Below, piece by piece: positions 59,473 to 64,000 of a stretch of 64,000 nt of DNA (positions are counted from its first letter, which is position 1; each line of letters starts with the position of its first letter). The notes below the pieces were generated by a model, which was not told the origin of the DNA, did not search any database, and saw only the letters and a list, made by a program, of their open reading frames with translations. Position numbers and translations under genes: made by a program. The stretch lies in the NCBI GenBank assembly GCA_050014235.1, contig JBEKDS010000016.1, forward strand, positions 44,760 to 108,759, written 5' to 3'. This stretch comes from Acidobacteriaceae bacterium (GTDB lineage Bacteria; Acidobacteriota; Terriglobia; Terriglobales; Acidobacteriaceae).

Positions 59473-60205
59473 CCCCACCACCCCTCACCTCACCGTCCAG
59501 CTCCGCCATCGCATCGGCGCACTGAATATCGACGTCGCCTTCCAACTCACCCACCCCTGGACCATCCTCTTCGGACCCTCCGGCTCCGGCAAGACCACCA
59601 TCCTCCGCGCCATCGCCGGCCTCCTCCGCCCCGACTTCGCTCACATCGCCGCCGATAAGAGCTTCACCCTGGTCGACACCGCAGCCGGGATCTTCCTGCC
59701 TCCACACAAGCGCGCCATCCCGCTCGCGCCCCAGCAACCAAGCCTCTTTCCCAACATGACCGTCCGCGAAAATCTGGCCTACGGCGCGGGCCGCTCAGTC
59801 GATGCGAACTCGCTCTCCACCTTCCGCATCGAGCACATCGCAGACAAGCATCCCACCGATCTCTCCGGCGGCGAAGCGCAGCGCGCCACACTCGCCCGCA
59901 CCGTCGCGGCCACCGGCCATCGCCTTCTGCTACTCGACGAACCCTTCACCGGTCTCGACCTCAATCTGCGCGACGAACTCATCGCCAACCTCCTCGCGTG
60001 GCAACAGGAGCACCGCACCCCAATCCTCTCCGTCACTCACGGCATCGCCGAAGCCTTCCAGCTCAACGCCGAAGTCATCAAGCTCTCCGAAGGCCGCATC
60101 CTAGCCCAGGGCCCCGCCGCCACCGTCCTCGCCGAAGACCGCTCCCGCCTCCTCACCCAGCTCAACCCCTCCCTCACCACCCAGCCCACACCCTACATCC
60201 CATAG
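59465..60205 (+). CDS. modC: Molybdate ABC ATPase
   Basis: TTG overlapping the modB stop; GPSGSGKTT, LSGGE, LLDEPF; no TOBE domain. Confidence 0.88.
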   Translation: MPDPTTPHLTVQLRHRIGALNIDVAFQLTHPWTILFGPSGSGKTTILRAIAGLLRPDFAHIAADKSFTLVDTAAGIFLPPHKRAIPLAPQQPSLFPNMTVRENLAYGAGRSVDANSLSTFRIEHIADKHPTDLSGGEAQRATLARTVAATGHRLLLLDEPFTGLDLNLRDELIANLLAWQQEHRTPILSVTHGIAEAFQLNAEVIKLSEGRILAQGPAATVLAEDRSRLLTQLNPSLTTQPTPYIP

Positions 60206-60278
60206 CCGCACGGGCTTGGTCTCCAACACTCAAGAGATCGGTGCCATCGGTACCATCGGTGTTAAGCCTCCTGCAAGA

Positions 60279-61334
60279 TCACCACCCCAGCATCACCGGC
60301 TCCTGCTCCAGCCCAATCCCAAACCGCGCCTTGACCTCGCCCACCACCGCATCCCGCAGCGCCACAATCTCCGCCGCCGTCGCCCCACCCCGGTTCACAA
60401 TCGCCAGCACATGCTTGCCCGACAACCCCGCCCGCCCCATCGCAAACCCCTTATAAAATCCCGCCCGCTCCATCAGCCACGCCGCAGGCACCTTCACCAT
60501 CCCCTCCACCCCCGCCGCAAACTGCGGCACGTCACCCGCCCCGCATCGCGCCGCCGCCGCCAACCTCTCCACCACCTCCACCCCCACCACCGGATTCTTA
60601 AAGAACGACCCCGCACTCCGCCCATCCTCTCCACCCTGCCCCACCAGCATCCCCTTCGCCGCGCGAATCGCCCGCACCGCATCCGCCGTCTCACTGAGCG
60701 ATGGCCGCACCACCCCGCGCTCTGCAAAATACCGCTTCACATCGCGATACTCCACATGCGCCCCACCCCCCACCGCCAACCGATACACCACACGCAGAAT
60801 CGCATACCGCCCCCGCTCCGTCGTATTGAACAAACTCCGCCGATACTCAAACCCGCACTCACCCGCGCTCAGCTCCACTACCCTGCCCGCCGCAAGATCG
60901 ATCGCTCCCACCCTCACAATCGCGCCCGACACCTCCTGCCCATACGCCCCCACATTCTGCACCGGCGTCCCGCCCACGCTCCCCGGAATCCCCGCCAAAC
61001 ACTCAATCCCCGCCCCACCCCGCTCAACCGCCAGCCGCACCACCGCATCCCACTCCACTCCAGCCCCCGCCTCAATCCGCGCAAACCCATCCCCTTCATC
61101 CACCCACTCCAACCCACCCCCCGCAACCCGCACCACCACCCCCGCAAACCCCGCATCGCTCACCAGCAGATTGCTGCCACCACCCAGCACAAACAACGGC
61201 ACACCCCGTTCCCGCGCAAATTCCACCGCCTCCACAATCTCCTCTTCGCTCCGCGCCTCCACATACCACCTGGCCGGCCCACCCACCCCAAGCGTCGTAT
61301 ACCCCGCCAGCGAAACATCCTCAAGAATCGTCAC
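60279..61334 (-). CDS. murB: UDP-N-acetylmuramate dehydrogenase
   Basis: LGGGSNLL, GIPGSVGGTPVQNVGAYG, FEYRRS, AGSFFKNP, HVLAIVN, LEQEP. Confidence 0.96.
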   Translation of the reverse strand: MTILEDVSLAGYTTLGVGGPARWYVEARSEEEIVEAVEFARERGVPLFVLGGGSNLLVSDAGFAGVVVRVAGGGLEWVDEGDGFARIEAGAGVEWDAVVRLAVERGGAGIECLAGIPGSVGGTPVQNVGAYGQEVSGAIVRVGAIDLAAGRVVELSAGECGFEYRRSLFNTTERGRYAILRVVYRLAVGGGAHVEYRDVKRYFAERGVVRPSLSETADAVRAIRAAKGMLVGQGGEDGRSAGSFFKNPVVGVEVVERLAAAARCGAGDVPQFAAGVEGMVKVPAAWLMERAGFYKGFAMGRAGLSGKHVLAIVNRGGATAAEIVALRDAVVGEVKARFGIGLEQEPVMLGW

Positions 61335-61452
61335 GCCCCCAGACTACAACCAGCACCTGCATCCAGCCCCAACTGGCGCGCCGCCCCCATCGCCGTTACA
61401 ATCAATGAAGCAGCGCCCAATCAACCGGCCGCGCCCCAAGGAGGGACCACCC

Positions 61453-61878
61453 ATGTACCCAGAGATTATGCTCATCCCCATGCGCGAAGAGCTTACCCGC
61501 GCCGGCATCAAGGAAGCCCGCACCGCCTCCGAAGTCGACGCCGCCCTCGCCCAGCCCGGCACCACCATGCTGGTCGTCAACTCCATCTGCGGATGCGCCG
61601 CCGGTAAGATGCGCCCCGCCGTCCGCCTGGCCCTCCAGCACGGCACCCTGCCAACCCAGGCCGTCACCGTCTTCGCCGGCCAGGACCGCGACGCCACCGA
61701 GCGCGCCCGCACCTACTTCGCCGGGCACCCGCCCAGCTCCCCCGCCATCGCCATCCTGCGCGACGGCCAGCTCGTCTACCTCATGCAGCGCTCCGCCATC
61801 GAGACCTCCACAGCCCCCGCCATCGCCCAGGAACTCACCCGCGCCTTCGACGCCTACTGCGTCACCACCACCGCCTAG
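61453..61878 (+). CDS. BrxA/BrxB-family bacilliredoxin
   Basis: AAGGAGG RBS; PMREEL, VNSICGCAAG (CGC motif), TVFAGQD, PSSP. Confidence 0.9.
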   Translation: MYPEIMLIPMREELTRAGIKEARTASEVDAALAQPGTTMLVVNSICGCAAGKMRPAVRLALQHGTLPTQAVTVFAGQDRDATERARTYFAGHPPSSPAIAILRDGQLVYLMQRSAIETSTAPAIAQELTRAFDAYCVTTTA

Positions 61879-62041
61879 CGGTTCGTCGAGCCCGAATCAG
61901 CAATCCGCCTCCGCTCGCCAATCCCAGGCCGCCCGGCGGAGCTTCTCTTCCATACCGGGGAATAGCCTTTTCTCCGCCTGCTTTTCCCTCCCCTGGACCG
62001 TTCATCTCCCGCCGCCTCCTGGCCGATGAGTCTAAAAGGCC

Positions 62042-63082
62042 ATGTCCAGCACTCAGCGCATCCACCCAGTTTTCGTGGGTACTACCCAGTCGGAGCAGTT
62101 CGGCGAATCCTCCCACACGGAGGAGTTCGCGCCCCAGGGCTCCATCCTCCTCGGCGACAGCGTCGCCGTCCTCCGCCTCCGCTCCCAGATCCAGCACATC
62201 GCCCCCCACTACCGCACCGCCCTCATCCGCGGCGAAGCCGGCACCGGCAAACAGCTTGTCGCCCGCGCCATCCATGCGTTTTCCCCGGGCGCCAGCCGCC
62301 CATTCGTCATCGGCAACACCTCCGCTCTCGCCGCATCCATCGCCGCCAACAGCCGCCCCGGCCAGCCCCACCCAACCGCCGCCGGCTCTCTGCTCGAGTC
62401 CGCTCACGGAGGAACTCTCTTCCTCGACGGCATCGGCGAACTGCCCTCCGCCCTCCAGTCCGCGCTCTTTCGCTTCCTCCGCGCCTGTGAGGAGCGTCGC
62501 GCCGCGCCAGCGCAACCCGGCCGCGCCAGCCTCCGCCGCCCCGACACCCGTATCCTCGCCGCCTCCGACCGCGACCTCCGCACCCTCGCCGCCATCGGCC
62601 AGTTCCATCAGGAGCTCTACGCCCACCTCTCCGCAGTTGAGATCGTCGTCCCGCCCCTCCGTCAGCGCATCGAAGACCTCCCTATCCTCGCTGCCTGGCT
62701 CCTGCGTCGCCTCGCCGGCCGCACCGGCCAGAACCCCAAGATGCTCGCCGAATCGACCCTCGCCCAGCTCCAGGGCCGCCCCTGGCCCAACAATCTCCGC
62801 GAGCTCGACCGCGTCCTCACCCAGGCCGCCGCGCTCGCCGATGGCGCCCTCATCGAGCCGCGCCACCTGCTCGCCCTCGTCGGACCCACACACTCCAACC
62901 CGGACGCCTCAACCGCGATCAAGATCGAGCGCCTCCACGACGTCATCCAGCAGCACGTCCTCGACGTCCTCACCCGCTGCGGCGGCAACAAACTCCGCGC
63001 CGCCGAACTCCTCGGCATCAGCCGCTCCACCCTCTACCGCATGTTGGGCTCGAGCGCCCCCGCAGACCCACTCCCCGAATAG
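62042..63082 (+). CDS. NtrC/Fis-like AAA+ transcriptional regulator, degenerate
   Basis: GEAGTGKQLVARAIH, GGTLFLDG, WPNNLREL, C-terminal HTH AAELLGISRSTLYR; no GAFTGA and no receiver domain. Confidence 0.85.
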   Translation: MSSTQRIHPVFVGTTQSEQFGESSHTEEFAPQGSILLGDSVAVLRLRSQIQHIAPHYRTALIRGEAGTGKQLVARAIHAFSPGASRPFVIGNTSALAASIAANSRPGQPHPTAAGSLLESAHGGTLFLDGIGELPSALQSALFRFLRACEERRAAPAQPGRASLRRPDTRILAASDRDLRTLAAIGQFHQELYAHLSAVEIVVPPLRQRIEDLPILAAWLLRRLAGRTGQNPKMLAESTLAQLQGRPWPNNLRELDRVLTQAAALADGALIEPRHLLALVGPTHSNPDASTAIKIERLHDVIQQHVLDVLTRCGGNKLRAAELLGISRSTLYRMLGSSAPADPLPE

Positions 63083-63106
63083 CCCCGCGGGCCGCCACCG
63101 CAGATC

Positions 63107-63174
63107 GCTGATAGCTCACAGCCGGCTGATCGCTCACAGCCGGCCGAGAGCTGACAGCCGATAGCTGAAAGCTG
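63107..63174 (+). repeat. Heptamer-type repeats (gctgaNN/gctcaca)
   Basis: gctgata gctcaca ... gctgaca gccgata gctgaaa gctg. Confidence 0.65.
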
Positions 63175-63212
63175 TCCACCAGGAACCTGCCTCCACTCGC
63201 CCCACAAAGATA

Positions 63213-63250
63213 GGGTGCCCCATCCATCGCGGCTTCATCGCGATGGCGGG
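63213..63250. repeat. REP-like element
   Basis: gggtgccccatccatcgcg...cgcgatgg palindrome. Confidence 0.7.
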
Positions 63251-63300
63251 ACGGAATCACCCTCCCGCTCCGCCCCACCACACGCCCGCGATTGCATATC

Positions 63301-64000
63301 ATGAATCCAATGAAATCCCTCCCCCTCATCGCCTGCCTCTGCCTCAGCCTCGTGCTTGTCGTGCCACTCCACGCCCAGCTCAGTCCCCAAGCCGCCTCCG
63401 CCCAGCCAACCCAGCCCGCCCCCTCCCGCGAACTCGCCGCCCTCCTCAACGACATCTGGCAGGACAAGCTCAAGCACGAGCCCGAATACGCCACCACCCT
63501 CGGCGACAAGCGCTACGACGCCGAACTCTCCGACCTCTCACCCCGCGCCATCAACGACTCGCTCAACCGCGGCCGCGGCTACATCGAGCGCCTCTCCGCC
63601 ATCGATACCTCTGCCCTCAACCCACAGGACAAGCTCTCCGCCGAACTCATGCTCCGCTCCCTCATCGAAGACCAGGAGGCCGCGCGGTTCAAAGAGTGGG
63701 AGATGCCCGTCGATCAGTACGCCGGCCTCCAGGTCGACCTGCCCCAGCTCGTCGGCCACACCTCCTTCGACACCACAGCCGACTACGACAACTACATCGC
63801 CCGCCTCGCCAAGGTCCCCGCCTACTTCACCCAGACCATGACCAACATGCAGGCCGGCATCGACGACAACCGCACCAAACCGCAGTACCTCATGCAGAAG
63901 GTTCTCACCCAGACCCAGGCCGTCGCCGTCCTGAAGGCCGCCGACACGCCCTTCGCTCAACCCCTCAAAAAATTCCCCGCCTCCGTCACCCCCCAAGACC
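63301..64000 (+). CDS. DUF885-family secreted protein (runs out of window)
   Basis: Open frame from MNPMKSL with signal peptide; PEYATTLGDKRYDAELSD, DYDNYIARL, NMQAGI. Confidence 0.85.
   Translation, partial: MNPMKSLPLIACLCLSLVLVVPLHAQLSPQAASAQPTQPAPSRELAALLNDIWQDKLKHEPEYATTLGDKRYDAELSDLSPRAINDSLNRGRGYIERLSAIDTSALNPQDKLSAELMLRSLIEDQEAARFKEWEMPVDQYAGLQVDLPQLVGHTSFDTTADYDNYIARLAKVPAYFTQTMTNMQAGIDDNRTKPQYLMQKVLTQTQAVAVLKAADTPFAQPLKKFPASVTPQD

Noticed and set aside
60216-62893. 463-aa, 350-aa and 343-aa ORFs overlapping murB, the bacilliredoxin and the regulator
   Set aside because: Shadow frames; the recognised genes explain the region. The 350-aa ORF is only a 5' extension of the bacilliredoxin.

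Overview
Chromosomal window from a high-GC bacterium. The gene content (VWA-type secreted proteins, SpoIIE sensors, DUF885, Tat-exported glycosidases) and the repeat families point to Acidobacteriota; this is inference. Core-like blocks: thrC-thrB, trxA, modABC, murB, a bacilliredoxin, gmd-fcl, and many carbohydrate and sugar-acid genes (GH28, GH2, two GH63-like enzymes, a UxuA-like protein, an ACS-type MFS and an enolase-superfamily dehydratase). Three membrane PP2C/SpoIIE phosphatases carry a carbohydrate-binding-like N-terminal domain, and a short remnant of a fourth is present. 4.5-9.8 kb is a decayed island of pseudogenes ending in an integrase C-terminal remnant next to a tRNA 3'-end fragment. 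Two observations stand out. (1) A sugar-acid gene run (MFS - dehydratase - dehydrogenase, 29.4-39.0 kb) has taken up three transposase-free cassettes (a Sel1 cassette, a RelE/ParE-like TA pair and an MNT-HEPN TA pair), each bracketed by a direct repeat of host sequence (about 53, 271 and 20 bp). (2) An unlisted 54-aa ORF at 26766-26930 looks like an orphan lasso/RRE-type RiPP precursor. No complete tRNA, rRNA or CRISPR array was found. Family calls come from motif recognition only; no database search was run.
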